64,000 nucleotides of DNA. Origin: Eledone cirrhosa. Taxonomy: Eukaryota. The DNA lies in NCBI GenBank assembly GCA_964016885.1, contig OZ024740.1:183830001-183894000 (forward strand). Reading direction: 5' to 3'. Each line of letters starts with the position of its first letter. The stretch's first letter is position 1. The notes beneath the pieces are model-generated. The model worked only from the letters and a program-made list of their open reading frames with translations. It made no database searches and was not told where the DNA came from. A program made the position numbers and the translations under genes. Below, piece by piece: positions 1 to 14,344 of the stretch.

Positions 1-329
1 AACGATATATATATATATTCGTACGTACACCTATACATACATATATACACACGCATATATGGAAATATATGCATATATACACATATACATATATATATAT
101 ATATATATATTTATATGTGTATATATTTCCATATATATGTGTGTGTATGTGTTTGTGCGTATTCGTGTATTTACTTATATATTTATATATGTAGGTGCCT
201 TTCTATATTTTTTACTTGTATGTGAATTTATGTACATTTTATGTACATTTATGTTCATTTATGTATGTACATTTGTGTATATGTAATTTCTCTCTCTCAC
301 ACACTCTCTCTCTCTCTCTCTCTCTCTCT

Positions 330-413
<84 letters not shown>
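1..413. repeat. Compound microsatellite (TA)n/(TG)n/(TC)n
   Basis: Directly visible dinucleotide runs; these explain the IYIY/LSLS ORFs. Confidence 0.95.
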
Positions 414-419
<6 letters not shown>

Positions 420-1108
420 GTGAGGTTTTTTTTACAAAATGAAAAATATCCGAGGTGTCCTACACGAGTGGAAGTATAAAGAAAAAGAGATGAAATCGAA
501 AATGCAACTGAATCTTATTTTTTTTTTAAATATATATATTTATTTGGTTCCTTTACCGGTTTCGCAGTTCTTCTGCTTTTCAAAATTTTCAAAAGGTGAG
601 TTGAGATGGAGGGTCTGTGGTTTTTCTCACATCTGGTTGGTCTCTAAATGTTACTTGTCTTATATGGAAAAAGTGGCTCGAAAGCCAGGTTTTTCGAGAA
701 GTAATTTGATTGGTTTGTCAATAATTATAATAAATTTCGCGCCAGTTCGCGTTACAATAGTTCTTCAAATAAGAGAGGGGGGGGGGCTCACAGGTTGTTT
801 TTTCATATATGAGTGTTTGAATTTCTTTTTACTTGAAAAAATGAGGCTCACGAAGCCTTTTTTTTTGGTTGGTTATAAATGAAATTTGGCTGTCACGTGA
901 ACAAGTTTTCATTACATTTTTGCGCCCTTATTTGGAAAACTATTCTGTAGTCTTTATAGTGAATGTTATGACAATGGAGAGATAGTGGTCAAGGGAAAAG
1001 GGATTGGGAGAAATGTTCTGGTTCAGTGAATATGGCCAGCTGTCAGAGTTCAGGTGTCAGAGTTCAGATTTTCTATTGAGACTGAAGATATGTGTTTATT
1101 TGTGTGCT

Positions 1109-1139
<31 letters not shown>

Positions 1140-1568
1140 ATGTGTGTATTGGAAGATGATTCTATTAGTAGAGATGGGGGAGGGAGTTGTGTGTGTGTGT
1201 GTATATGGGTGTTATGTGTGTGTGTGCGAGTATGTTAGATGGAGAGAATATATATTTTGTGTGTGTGTATATATATATGTGTGTAGGAAAGTGGTTCTAT
1301 TAGTAGAAATGGGGAGGGTGTTGTAGGTGTGGGGGTTGTTATGTGTGTGTATGGGTGTTATGTGTGTGGGAGTATGGTTAGCATGTTAAGATGAAGAGAA
1401 TATATATATATATATTGTGTGTGTGTGTAGGAAAATGATTCCTTTAGTAGGAATATTTTTGAATGAACATATTTTCCTGACTTTTTCGTGTTTGCTGTTG
1501 TATTGCCAGTGCAAACGTATGTTAAGGTTTATTTAGTTAGGGTTTTTATTTTCTAAAGTAGAAGGTGT

Positions 1569-1615
<47 letters not shown>

Positions 1616-1642
1616 CATATTGTGGCGTTGACATAATGTATA

Positions 1643-2008
1643 TTAAACCTTATTTAATGTTGGTCTATATTTTTGAATAAACATATTTTCCTTATTTATT
1701 CGCATTTGTTCTGTTGTATTGTTAGCGCAAAGGTAAAATGGGAAGACTTGGAATTTGGGTGTCTTATTACTTGCGCAAATATCTAGATATGCACTTAGTG
1801 GTATCTGTCTCGTGGTTGGATCTCGTAATTGTTGGCGATGAACTGTCATTCTGTTTCTGAGTGTGAGTTTAGTTTGTCCTATATAATCTTCATTGCATCC
1901 TTTACATTTAATGGCATAAAGTAGATTTTTTGATGAGCAAGTGAAGTGATTTTTTACAGTAAAATTTTGTCCTGATTTAAATGTATACGTGTTGCCTTCA
2001 ATGAGGTG
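1643..2008 (-). pseudogene. PLE GIY-YIG endonuclease C-terminal fragment
   Basis: FTCSSKNLLYAIKCKGCNEDYIGQTKLTLRNRMTVH...E..FI......LN. The ORF's MFEFLF start is contributed by the inverted arm. Confidence 0.88.
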
Positions 2009-2128
2009 AGTAAAAAGAAATTCAAACACTCATATATGAAAAAACAACCTGTGACAATCCCCCCACCTCTCTTATTTGAAGAACTATTGTAACGCGAACT
2101 GACGCGAAATTTATTATAATTATTGACA

Positions 2129-3215
2129 GTGCCTCAGGGGACAGTCCTGGGACCACTACTGTGTTTGGTGGCTCTCTCGGACATGCCCTCTGTGGTGCAT
2201 GCAACAACATCCCTCACTAGCTATGCTGATGACACTAAGGTAGCACAGGCAATCAAAAACCCGGCTGACGCTGCCCTCTTACAGCAGGATCTGGATGCCA
2301 TATACAGATGGGCGGAAGAAAACAACATGCAGTTTAATGCTGGCAAATTCCAAGCCCTACAATACAAACCTGCAAACACAAACACAAATATAGCGGAACA
2401 CAGCTACACAGGACCAGGAGGGACCGATATCCCCGTGTCAAAATCGATACGAGACCTGGGCATAGACATGAGCGATGATGCATCTTTTTCTTCACACATC
2501 ATGAAGGTGGCGACAGCATGTAGACGATTCGCTGGCTGGATCTTGAGGACTTTCCTTACAAGAGATCGAGACACCATGTTGACACTGTGGAGGACTTTTG
2601 TCGTAAGCCGCCTGGACTACTGCTACCAGCTGTGGTCATCCCATAGTGTCAAACTAACCACAGAGCTTGAGGCAATCCGGCGAAGCTACACCAAGAGGAT
2701 TGCCAAGATGAGGGAGACAAGCTACTGGGAGAGGCTGAGAGAACTGAACCTCTACTCCTTGGAGCGAAGACGGGAGAGATACGCAGTGATCTACATGTGG
2801 AAAATCCTGGAGGGACTAGCACCAAACTTTGGCATTGGGAGCTGGACCAACCGTCGAATAGGACGTCACTGTGTGGTGCCAAAGGTCCCGTCTTCCACAT
2901 CTAGAATAAGGAGCAGGTATTGCAATAGCCTGGGATTCAAGGGCCCTCAACTCTTCAACAGGCTGCCGAGGCATCTGCGAGACTTGCATGACGTGGAGGT
3001 GGATGTCTTTAAGAAACATCTCGACAACTTGTTATCCAGGATCCCGGATGAGCCCACAGCAAGACACGAGGGAAACCTAAGGGCAGCAGCAACAAACTCC
3101 CTCCTACACCAGTGGCCAACCTATACAGGCTAGAGATAAAATGTGTAGCAACAAGGGCGGTGCCCCAGCATGGCCTCAGCCGGATGGCTGAAACAGGTAA
3201 AAGAGTAAAAGAGTA
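2129..3215 (+). mobile_element. 5'-truncated CR1/L2-group LINE (RT C-terminal half, open to stop at 3133)
   Basis: VPQGTVLGP, YADDTK, RDLG, LDYC, LYSLERRRER motifs. 3' tail is a (GTAAAAGA)n repeat. The empty site ttgaca|aaccaatc is seen in the paralogous copy at ~5975-5988. Confidence 0.92.
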
Positions 3216-3450
3216 AACCAATCAAATTACTTCTCGAAAAACCTGGCTTTCGAGCCACTTTTTCCATATAAAACAAGTAACATTTAGAGACCAACCAGAT
3301 GTGAGAAAAACCACAGACCCTCCATCTCGACTCACCTTTTGAAAATTTTGAAAATCAGAAGAACTGCGAAACCGGTAAAGGAACCAAATAAATATATATA
3401 TTTTTTTTTAAAATAAGACTTCAGTTGCATTTTCGATTTCATCCCTTTTT

Positions 3451-3516
<66 letters not shown>

Positions 3517-3675
3517 ACATATGTATATATATATATATGCAAAATTAAGATAAATCAAAGTGAATTTAATCTAAATCAAAATGATGGGTGTCATGCCAGA
3601 AAGGCATGCGCCATATTTCGAATGGCGCCAGTTCGTGATTTGAACTCGGGAATTTTATATTCTCCGAGCGAAAAG

Positions 3676-3761
3676 AACCCTCTGACGAAAGTCTTCCTTT
3701 TCAATGTATTTCCGTATGGATTATCAATTTATTTCGAGACTTGACACCGTACGGTAAGGTT
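3676..3761 (+). ncRNA. Hammerhead-like motif with GACA instead of GAAA (copy 1)
   Basis: AACCCT-CTGACGA-AAGTCT...AGACTT-GACA-CCGTACGG-TA-AGGTT. Confidence 0.55.
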
Positions 3762-3955
3762 AATTACATCAGGTACATTGAACTTTTTAAAATTTATTGA
3801 TTATATATATATATATATACAAATATATATATATCAGAATCGGAGCGATAAAAACCAGTTAAACCATTACTCACCAGAATATTCGATACATGAGGTAGTA
3901 AAATTTGGATCTAGCTGTTGAAACAGCAGGAGCTCAACCGTCGGGGACCCGAATT

Positions 3956-4020
<65 letters not shown>

Positions 4021-4269
4021 TATGAGAGAGAGGGAGTGAGGGAGAATTATAATTATATGTATTTGCACGTGTAAATAATTTTATCTATTCATTATTACAA
4101 CGGCTTATATTGGCTTCAGCCTTTTGGCTTTGAATAAGGACACCACATAATTCAATCTGATTTTGTGCGCATGCTTTCGTAAACGTTATGTCCTGAATCA
4201 TGATACATAAATACTAGTCAGTATTTAAATATATACTTATTCGTTATGTACGTCTGTTAGGAATATGCA

Positions 4270-4327
<58 letters not shown>

Positions 4328-5484
4328 TATACACGGGTGTGTATGATTGTGTATAGAAGATTATATTAATAAAAGGAATTCCAAATATGTCTGATTTACT
4401 CCTTTTGTTTACAATCCTTTAAACTTTATAATAGTATTATAATGAAATAGTATGATAGAATATTAAATGTTAAGTGTTAATTGAACAAGTACTTTCATGT
4501 GTTCGTAATCTTCAGGTTCATATTCTGTGGTGACAGTCAAGTTTGCAATTTTCAACTGTAATGAGATGGGTAAATTTTGTGCCTTATATTCAGTGAAAAG
4601 CGGCTACAGAATGCTAGATTCAGCAAACTGTATTTCGACCAATCGGTGTGTAGTTTCACTAGATTACTAAAGCTGATTAGTTTAGGCGTCACGCTTGGTT
4701 GAGCATGTCTAACGACTATTATTTGACCCTATCCAAAGCATCAATTGTTTTGCTAATTTTTAGAAATGATGAAAATAGTATTTTCTAGTAATCATCACCA
4801 TCAACATCACTTTTTTATTATTATTGTTATTGTTGTTGTTAGTGGTAGTAGTCGACATGGTCGTAGTCATAGTAGGAGTAATACCCCAATATTATTAATA
4901 GGTTACTTTAGATGTAGTTTTTGAGGGATGAAGAGATAACTAATAAAATGTACTCAGAGTCAGATTTTTGGAATCTACCCCTTTAAGTCCAATTACGAGA
5001 GATCTATGTATGTGTGTATTGGAAGATGATTCTATTAGTAGAGATGGGGGAGGGAGTTGTGTGTGTGTGTATATGGGTGTTATGTGTGTGTGTGCGATTA
5101 TGTTAGATGGAGAGAATATATATTTTGTGTGTGTGTATATATATATGTGTGTAGGAAAGTGGTTCTATTAGTAGAAATGGGGAGGGTGTTGTAGGTGTGG
5201 CGGTTGTTATGTGTGTGTATGGGTGTTATGTGTGTGGGAGTATGGTTAGCATGTTAAGATGAAGAGAATATATATATATATATATTGTGTGTGTGTGTAG
5301 GAAAATGATTCCTTTAGTAGGAATATTTTTGAATGAACATATTTTCCTGACTTTTTCGTGTTTGCTGTTGTATTGCCAGTGCAAACGTATGTTAAGGTTT
5401 ATTTAGTTCGGGTTTTTATTTTCTAAAGTAGAAGGTGTTATGTGTGTGTGTATATGTCATATTGTGGTGTTGACATAATGTATA

Positions 5485-5850
5485 TTAAACCTTATTTAAT
5501 GTTGGTCTATATTTTTGAATAAACATATTTTCCTTATTTATTCGCATTTGTTCTGTTGTATTGTTAGCGCAAAGGTAAAATGGGAAGACTTGGAATTTGG
5601 GTGTCTTATTACTTGCGCAAATATCTAGATATGCACTTAGTGGTATCTGTCTCGTGGTTGGATCTCGTAATTGTTGGCGATGAACTGTCATTCTGTTTCT
5701 GAGTGTGAGTTTAGTTTGTCCTATATAATCTTCATTGCATCCTTTACATTTAATGGCATAAAATAGATTTTTTGATGAGCAAGTGAAGTGATTTTTTACA
5801 GTAAAATTTTGTCCTGATTTAAATGTATACGTGTTGCCTTCAATAAGGTG
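5485..5850 (-). pseudogene. Duplicated PLE GIY-YIG fragment
   Basis: One amino-acid difference from the 1643-2029 ORF. Confidence 0.88.
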
Positions 5851-6215
5851 AGTAAAAAGAAATTCAAACACTCATATATGAAAAAACAACCTGTGTCAAA
5901 CCCCCCCCCCCCCCACACCTCTCTTATTTGAAGAACTATTGTAACGCGAACTGACGCGAAATTTATTATAATTATTGACAAACCAATCAAATTACTTCTC
6001 GAAAAACCTGGCTTTCGAGCCACTTTTTCCATATAAAACAAGTAACATTTAGAGACCAACCAGATGTGAGAAAAACCACAGACCCTCCATCTCAACTCAC
6101 CTTTTGAAAATTTTGAAAAGCAGAAGAACTGCGAAACCGGTAAAGGAACCAAATAAATATATATATATTTTTTTAAAATAAGACTTCAGTTGCATTTTCG
6201 ATTTCATCCCTTTTT

Positions 6216-6260
<45 letters not shown>

Positions 6261-6298
6261 ATTAAATAAATGGAAAACTATATTTATAAAACCATATT

Positions 6299-6364
6299 TA
6301 TTTCATTATATATATTTCGGGGATATCATATTAATAATATGCTATGCTTTCATCAGACAAAATA
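6299..6364 (-). ncRNA. Type-I hammerhead ribozyme in the 3' pLTR
   Basis: Minus strand: TATTTTGT-CTGATGA-stem II (CATATT att AATATG)-GAAA-TATATA-TA-ATGAAATA. Confidence 0.75.
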
Positions 6365-6718
6365 CAATATAAACAGTTTTATAGATAAATAGATTCGACA
6401 TACCGTAATAAACATCGACTTCATTTGAAGAGGTTTACGCTAGCAGTGAAAATTTTATACAGAGAGAAAGAAAGAGAGAGAAAAAAGAAAGAAAGACAAA
6501 ACGAAGAAAAGGAAGAAAAAGAAGAAAAAGAAAAAGAAGAAATGCATGGAACAAAATAGAGGGATGGAAAAATAGATAAAGCGAAGAGCTTCATGTAAAG
6601 AAACAGAAAGATATATATATATATAGAGAGAGAGAGGAAATAGAGATAGATACATATATATATATATAGAAAATTAGGTAGTGGGAGGTCATTTTGAGTA
6701 AGTGTATCAATGATACAT

Positions 6719-6753
<35 letters not shown>

Positions 6754-7838
6754 GCTCAAGTATTAATGTAAGGGAGATATATAGAGAGAGAAAAAAATTT
6801 AAAAATAGCCAGACATATTCGAGGCGTAGAAAACCCTATGTTTTAATGTATTAGTATTTATAAAACTTACACTATATTGTAAATATCAGTATTCCTGAAT
6901 GAAACAAGTATCCATAATGTGTGAAAATTCATTATCTTATGTTTAGTTTTAAAAAATTCATATGTTTATGTGACAGCTACAAACATCCGTGTGAATCCAA
7001 CTGATTCACTCTGCAAACTCTAGGTTACCGGAAAACATTCTCAATGTGGTATAAAAATTTGAGCGTATTATTATTCCTGCGATTACTCTACAAGATTATC
7101 TATCAAGCAGAAATAGAGAGCAGATTTCAATATGCTAATAAAAATATATATTATATTATAAACAAAACTAAAAATAAAAAGATAACAATAATAATAATAA
7201 TAAGTAGAAATATAGAATAGAAAAAAAATATAGAATAGAAAACTAAAAAAAAAACAAAAAAAAAATTACGAAAGAATATTACATAATAAAAATATTGCAT
7301 ATTAAAAATACTACGTATTAAAAAATATTACGTATTAAAAATTTACATATTAAAGATATTAAAAATAAAATAAAAAATAAAAAATAAAAAATATTATAGA
7401 ATAGTACAATACTAAAAAAAAAAAATAAAATAAAAATAAAAATAAACCACAAAGAACAACCCTTCAAAGTTAATTGACAATATATTGCCAAGTTCATTAC
7501 AAGACAAAGCCAAAAATTATCTATCAAATCACATCTAGCAAAGAACATTTCAAAAAGATTATGATGTCCAATTATGTCTACATATGTTCTTATATTTAAT
7601 ATAGAAGTTTATCTAGTGTAAGGTTAATTCAAAAAATTTGGAGTATCGGCTTTTAGGGTAGCTTAATTTTTCATGAGGAATGTTTAGATAAAAAATAAAA
7701 ATAAAAATAAAAATAAAAATAAAAATAAATAAAATAAAAATAAACAATAAAAAAAAAGTAAAAAGAGGGAATCAAAGATTTGGGAATCAAAAAATGTATC
7801 GGCTAGTTCCCATATAAATATAAATCAAACTAAATATA

Positions 7839-10051
7839 CTACATTTTAAATTTACATTTATATTTAAACGTTGAGTTTAATCTATGTTTGCAACAACTGA
7901 ATAAATTTGTCCGTAGGTTAAGGGAATTTTTAGATTTTAGTATAAAGTATATCTCCTCTGCGCAGAGGTCACATGTCTCAGAGGATGAATTAAAAGGAAT
8001 CCCTCTTGAGACTATATTCCAAGCCGTCGAATATCTAACGTTATCTAGCTTAAGTTGCCAGAGTACGCCTTTTAGTGCCGTTGAAGATTTTTTACTTGGA
8101 TCTGTGAAAGAATTCTTGTGGTTATTATAGCGAAGTTTAAATTCCGTCGATGTGGAGCCGACGTAGTTAAAAGAATTAGAGTCAGTATTAACATTACAAT
8201 TGTATACTATATTTTTAACTAAGCAGTTGTTATTTAACGGACATTTAGATCTATCTCTACAGTTACATTTGTTAACTTGTATATTATTTATGCTATTATC
8301 AGTAGGTTTTAAGTTCCTATTATTTATTCTATTAATATTTTGTGCTAAATTTTTGGTGGATGAGTAGGTTAATTTAATTGTATGCCTATTGAAGATTGAG
8401 TGATACCTATGTGTTCTAGGGAAGCGATTATCAAGAGCTCTGAAAAATAATTTAGCGATGTGGGTTTTAATGTTTAGTGAGAAAGGGGGGCAAACCAAAT
8501 TATGTTCCTAGTTCTATTTCTTTTTTGTCCTTTGGAATTATTGTGATGCTTTCTATTATAGTTGTTAATGTTGTTGCCGTAATTAAAAAAGTTGTTACTT
8601 TGTTTAGTTTGTCTATCATTCTCTATGTACACAATCTTATCAGCATACCCTGCCCTAGCTAGTGCATCATTATAGTACTGGGCCTTTTCGTCAAAAATCT
8701 TTCTATTCGACGAGATCCTAGAGATACGTTTTTGGACTGAGTTTACTATAGTGCTTTTGACAGATCTGGGGTGGTTAGAGTTAAAGTTGACATAGTTTAA
8801 GTTTTCATTCAACTTGTGAAAAGGATAGTGGAGACATGTGTTGAGATTTAATGTTATATCTAGGAAATTGACTATTCTATGGTTGTTCTCAATTTCTATT
8901 TTAAGGTTAAAGTAATTAAAAAATGTTGTAATTTGTTTACATTTTCTATTTAGTTCAGGGTTATTATTATTAATAAGTAAAAGCATGTCATCCCTATATA
9001 AACCTCCGGTAGTACCAGGTATTTTCCTATGTAGCGAATTGATTAAAAATAAGCCCACAAGGTCAGTTACCTGAGCTGAGTCGGAAGATCCCATAGTTAT
9101 GTCAAAATTGCTATCTCTATCTGCTCTGGTCCATAATTTGTCATTAAATTCTATCAAAGTTTTCCTAGCCGATAATATAATATGCATTTCTTTGCTAGTT
9201 AGGTCCGTATGTTTGAATGCGTAATTTAGTGCCTTATTTAGTAGACTAGGGGTAATAGAAGAATAATAGTTAGCTATATCAAGTTGAATAAACCTATTAT
9301 TATTGTTATATTTAATTTGCCTAAACCACTCAACAACATCTCCAGTTCCCTTCCACAAGCTCAGGTTAGATACACAATCCAAGTTCTTAATTTGCTGTAT
9401 CACCCTGTAAAGAATGTTTTTGCTTAATTTGCCCAGGTCCGATTTTGAAGGTGCGATCAATCTAACTGGCAGGTCATTTTCAAAATTCCTCTTGTGGTCC
9501 TTCATATTGATCTTCGGTTTCCTGGGCACGAAAGGTTGTGTTCTGTTCTCAATTTCCAACTCATGCATTATACAAGATGCTTCAACATTCATTTTCTCAA
9601 GTTCGGCCTTATCTGCTACCTTGTACTTTTTCCTCAGCTCTTTCAGTTTGAGGCCATTATACATGTCTTTCCGCACTCCATAGAGGTTGTTGGTCTTGTC
9701 AGATTTCACCAAGATCTTCTCAGTTTTCTCTAAGCTCTCAATGTTATCCTTAATGCCTTTCAGATATTCCTGGCCTTTAAAGTTTCTCTTGAATTTGACC
9801 CCTTGTATGATAGAAATTATATCGTTTTCAAAGTCAGATAAAAGTTTGTTAGGGGGTGGATTTCTTTTAGATTTGAAAACTTTGTTTAAGTCCGAGATAT
9901 TTTCGTCTGCATTAGATTTATCAAAGTGGAATGCAGGCCACCTGATTCTCCTTATAAAAGAGTCAGATTTATCTATTAGTTGTTTTACAAAGTCTTTGTT
10001 TCTAAGTAGAGGTATGTCTTTTAGAGAGGAAGTAATCTTAAAGAATTCCAT
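7839..10051 (-). CDS. PLE reverse transcriptase + C-terminal GIY-YIG endonuclease (~737 aa, one frameshift at G6 run 8485-8490)
   Basis: QLDIANYYSSI, FDITMGSSDSAQVTDLVG, GLYRDD, NFLDITLNL, SNHP, IIWF(A)PPFS, CNCRDRSKCPLNNNC, IVY...YVG, CDLCAEE...LN.R. Confidence 0.9.
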
Positions 10052-10434
10052 TTTTCCAGTTATAATATAAAGCGCTCAACAGTATTGGAGCAAGATACAT
10101 GTAAAGTTATATTTAAAATTGTTGGGTTACAACTAGTAAATATTTATATCTATCTCTATTTCCTCTCTCTCTCTATATATATATATATCTTTCTGTTTCT
10201 TTACATGAAGCTCTTCGCTTTATCTATTTTTCCATCTCTCTATTTTGTTCCATGCATTTCTTTTTTTTCTTTTTCTTCTTTTTCTTCCTTTTCTTCGTTT
10301 TGTCTTTCTTTCTTTTTTCTCTCTCTTTCTTTCTCTCTGTATACAATTTTCACTGCTAGCGTAAACCTCTTCAAATGAAGTCGATGTTTATTACGGTATG
10401 TCGAATCTATTTATCTATAAAACTGTTTATATTG

Positions 10435-10500
10435 TATTTTGTCTGATGAAGGCATAGCATATTATTAATATGATATCCCCGAAATATATATAATGAAATA
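10435..10500 (+). ncRNA. Type-I hammerhead ribozyme in the inverted 5' pLTR
   Basis: TATTTTGT CTGATGA AGGCATAGCATATTATTAATATGATATCCCC GAAA TATATA TA ATGAAATA; palindromic stem III. Confidence 0.75.
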
Positions 10501-10628
10501 AATATGGTTTTATTAATATAGTTTTCCATTTATTTAATATTGTAAATATACTCCAAATATTTGTCGAGTGCTTTTATATCAGTTATAAATATTTACTAGT
10601 TGTGACCCAACAATTTTAAATATAACTT

Positions 10629-10734
<106 letters not shown>

Positions 10735-10743
10735 TATGTATAC

Positions 10744-10775
<32 letters not shown>

Positions 10776-10912
10776 GCAAAATTAAGATAAATCAAAGTGA
10801 ATTTAATCTAAATCAAAATGATGGGTGTCATGCCAGAAAGTCATGCGCCATATTTCGAATGGCGCCAGTTTGTGATTTGAACTCGGGAATTTTATATTCT
10901 CCGAGCGAAAAG

Positions 10913-10998
10913 AACCCTCTGACGAAAGTCTTCCTTTTCAATGTATTTCCGTATGGATTATCAATTTATTTCGAGACTTGACACCGTACGGTAAGGTT
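10913..10998 (+). ncRNA. Hammerhead-like motif with GACA (copy 2)
   Basis: Same sequence as 3676-3761. Confidence 0.55.
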
Positions 10999-11191
10999 AA
11001 TTACATCAGGTACAGTGAACTTTTTAAAATTTATTGATTATATATATATATACAAATATATATATATCAGAATCGGAGCGATAAAAACCAGTTAAACCAT
11101 TACACACCAGAATATTCGATACATGAGGTAGTAAAATTTGGATCTAGCTGTTGAAACAGCAGGAGCTCAACCGTCGGGGACCCGAATTGTT

Positions 11192-11231
<40 letters not shown>

Positions 11232-11488
11232 TATCAGAGAGAGGGAGTGAGGGAGAATTATAATTATATGTATTTGCACGTGTAAATAATTTTATCTATT
11301 CATTATTACAACGGCTTATATTGGCTTTAGCCTTTTGGCTTTGAATAAGGACACCACATAATTCAATCTGATTTTGTGCGCATGCTTTGGTAAACGTTAT
11401 GTCCTGAATCATGATACATAAACCCTAGCATACTAGTCAGTATTTAAATATATACTTATTCGTTATGTACGTCTGTTAGGAATATGCA

Positions 11489-11614
<126 letters not shown>

Positions 11615-12830
11615 TACACGGGTGTGTATGATTGTGTATAGAAGATTATATTAATAAAAGGAATTCCAAATATGTCTGATTTACTCCTTTTGTTTACAAT
11701 CCTTTAAACTTTATAATAGTATTATAATGAAATAGTATGATAGAATATTACATGTTAAGTGTTAATTGAACAAGTACTTTCATGTGTTCGTAATCTTCAG
11801 GTTCATATTCTGTGGTGACAGTCAAGTTTGCAATTTTCAACTGTAATGAGATGGGTAAATTTTGTGCCTTATATTCAGTGAAAAGCGGCTACAGAATGCT
11901 AGATTCAGCAAACTGTATTTCGACCAATCGGTGTGTAGTTTCACTAGATTACTAAAGCTGATTAGTTTAGGCGTCACGCTTGGTTGAGCATGTCTAACGA
12001 CTATTATTTGACCCTATCCAAAGCATCAATTGTTTTGCTAATTTTTAGAAATGATGAAAATAGTATTTTCTAGTAATCATCACCATCAACATCACTTTTT
12101 TATTATTATTGTTATTGTTGTTGTTAGTGGTAGTAGTCGACATGGTCGTAGTCATAGTAGGAGTAATACCCCAATATTATTAATAGGTTACTTTAGATGT
12201 AGTTTTTGAGGGATGAAGAGATAACTAATAAAATGTACTCAGAGTCAGATTTTTGGAATCTACCCCTTTAAGTCCAATTACGAGAGATCTAGATACAAGT
12301 GTGCCGTGGATCTAAAAGCACGCTAACAATAAACCGGAGATTGATTTATTGTTTGACAGATAAGTATTTTCGTTGTAGCAACTTAGTTAGATTGATAGAG
12401 TGAGTGTATAAAGATATATGTTTCTTAGGTAGTATTAAGTGAAATTGTAGATTCAGTATCGTATGGTTTAGGTGCCTTATTCTAAATGTTGGGATTGCTA
12501 GTTCGAATCATGGATGTTTAGTTTTCACAACAACAATGACACATAGCGTATAATTAAGACAATACATCAACAATAAAATATGCATGGTAAATAGATAGAG
12601 AACATGATGAATAAAATTAGGGATAGGGTACATTGAGATGATCATAATAGTAATAAGAAGAACATAAGAAAATACGAGTTTCAGGGTGTGTAAGGGTAAT
12701 AAGATAATGTACTTAGAATTAAGTTCATCTGTTAGAGATCATGGGTGCTAATATGTGTATATAATTGTTTGGTCCGAAAGAATAAACAACAGCAAAGGCT
12801 AGATTTGTTTATGAGCTGGCATGATAATTG

Positions 12831-13269
12831 GTAGATGTTTGTAGATATTAGTGCCCCATCTTGGTTGTATAGATGTAGGGAGGCTGGAAAGTGTTTTTAG
12901 AAGATTAGGGTTCTGAAGTGGGCTGTGTGAGAATGCGGATTTCATACGTTAAATTCTAAGTGATTTTCCATTAATTTGGGGGATGCTGGTTCGAATCACG
13001 GTGGTTCAACATGTCCCCACTAAATTCTTATTTCTTGAATTATACATGGAGTAATAATAATTCAAGAAATAAGAATTTAGTGGGGAAATGTTGAACCACC
13101 GTGATTCGAACCAACATCCCCCAAATTAATGGAAAATCACTTAGAATTTAACGTATGAAATCCGCATTCTCACACAGCCCACTTCAAAACCCTAATCTTC
13201 TAAAAACACTTTCCAGCCTCCCTACATCTATACAACCAAGATGGGGCACTAATATCTACAAACACCTAC
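12831..13269. repeat. Long near-perfect palindrome (~213 bp arms, 13 bp spacer)
   Basis: 12831-13043 is the reverse complement of 13057-13269 with few mismatches; contains a GGTTCGAATC B-box-like motif. Confidence 0.93.
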
Positions 13270-13423
13270 ATAGAAATCACCACGAACTCGCGGCATCACT
13301 ATGGAAGCGTCTTGTTGAGTCAAACTAAGCCATGCGTCAATAACATCCACAACACAGAGTACTCTAACTGGACTACCTCTAAGTGGATTGCCTATAACGA
13401 TAACTTGTTATCCCGTATATATA

Positions 13424-13455
<32 letters not shown>

Positions 13456-13535
13456 GTGATAATTTCGTATAATACTTTGAATACATGCATATATGTGATC
13501 ATTTTTCAAAATACTCGTATTCCATTTACGTAACA

Positions 13536-13680
13536 CATCCATCCATTCATTCATTCATCCATCCATCCATCCATACATACATACCTACATACATACATAC
13601 ATACATACATACATACATACATACATACATACATACATACATACATACATACGTACGTACGTACGTACGTACATACATAG
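13536..13680. repeat. Graded tetranucleotide microsatellite CATC/CATT/CATA/CGTA
   Basis: Visible directly. Confidence 0.9.
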
Positions 13681-14344
13681 ACACATATAAATTGAAATAA
13701 ATGGACGTTATGAATTGATTGAAATATATTATTTTTACAAATATATATACATTTTTCTAAATTTTCTTTTTTCTTTGCTGTAGTTGATGGTGATGATGAT
13801 GAGAAAGTAATAATAAAAATAATGATGGTGAAGAAAAGTGTTATCATCAACTGGACAAACATTTTTTTTATTTTATTTTGTAAAAATTGTTCTTCCAGTC
13901 TGAAAATAGTTGTCAGCATGAGGTTTAAGTAAAAATCTATTTATTTCAAAACTTAGAAACCAAATTAATTATTTTGCAGGACCTTTGTAAATAAAGATCG
14001 TTATATTCTGACCTTATTCTTTTTTTCTTATTTATATGCTTTCTTTAGTTTGGCAGCAAACTTACTTTTTTGTTTAATTTCGATGATAAATTATGTGAGA
14101 TAAATTAAGACATAAAAATAAACAACAGTTTAGGGGGGAAATGTTAAACACATTTTTAAAATTGAAAAAAAAACTAAAACATTATCTTCTCTCTATTTTT
14201 ATATTTTTTTAAAACCAGGATATCCGAAATAAACTATTTCATGAGGGCAAAGCAATAATAGGATAGATTATATTAAAAGTTGTGTATTAAGTAGTATTAA
14301 TAATAACCACAGTAATGATAAATATATAAATTCATATATAATGC

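Larger units (their letters stand above)
416..3455 (-). mobile_element. 5'-truncated Penelope-like element (Neptune-type) with inverted 5' arm, interrupted by a LINE
   Basis: GIY-YIG at 1643-2008(-). About 477-832 is repeated in inverted orientation at 2009-2128 + 3216-3455. Both ends abut (TA)n. Homologous to 38709-45735. Confidence 0.85.

Noticed and set aside
7839-8498. Selenoprotein-type Naiad (in-frame UGA + SECIS)
   Set aside because: All zinc-binding positions are ordinary Cys codons, there is no in-frame TGA, and I recognised no SECIS.
12980-13020. tRNA gene suggested by GGTTCGAATC (also at SINE heads 21270, 47908, 59464)
   Set aside because: No cloverleaf; these are B-box remnants of tRNA-derived repeats.
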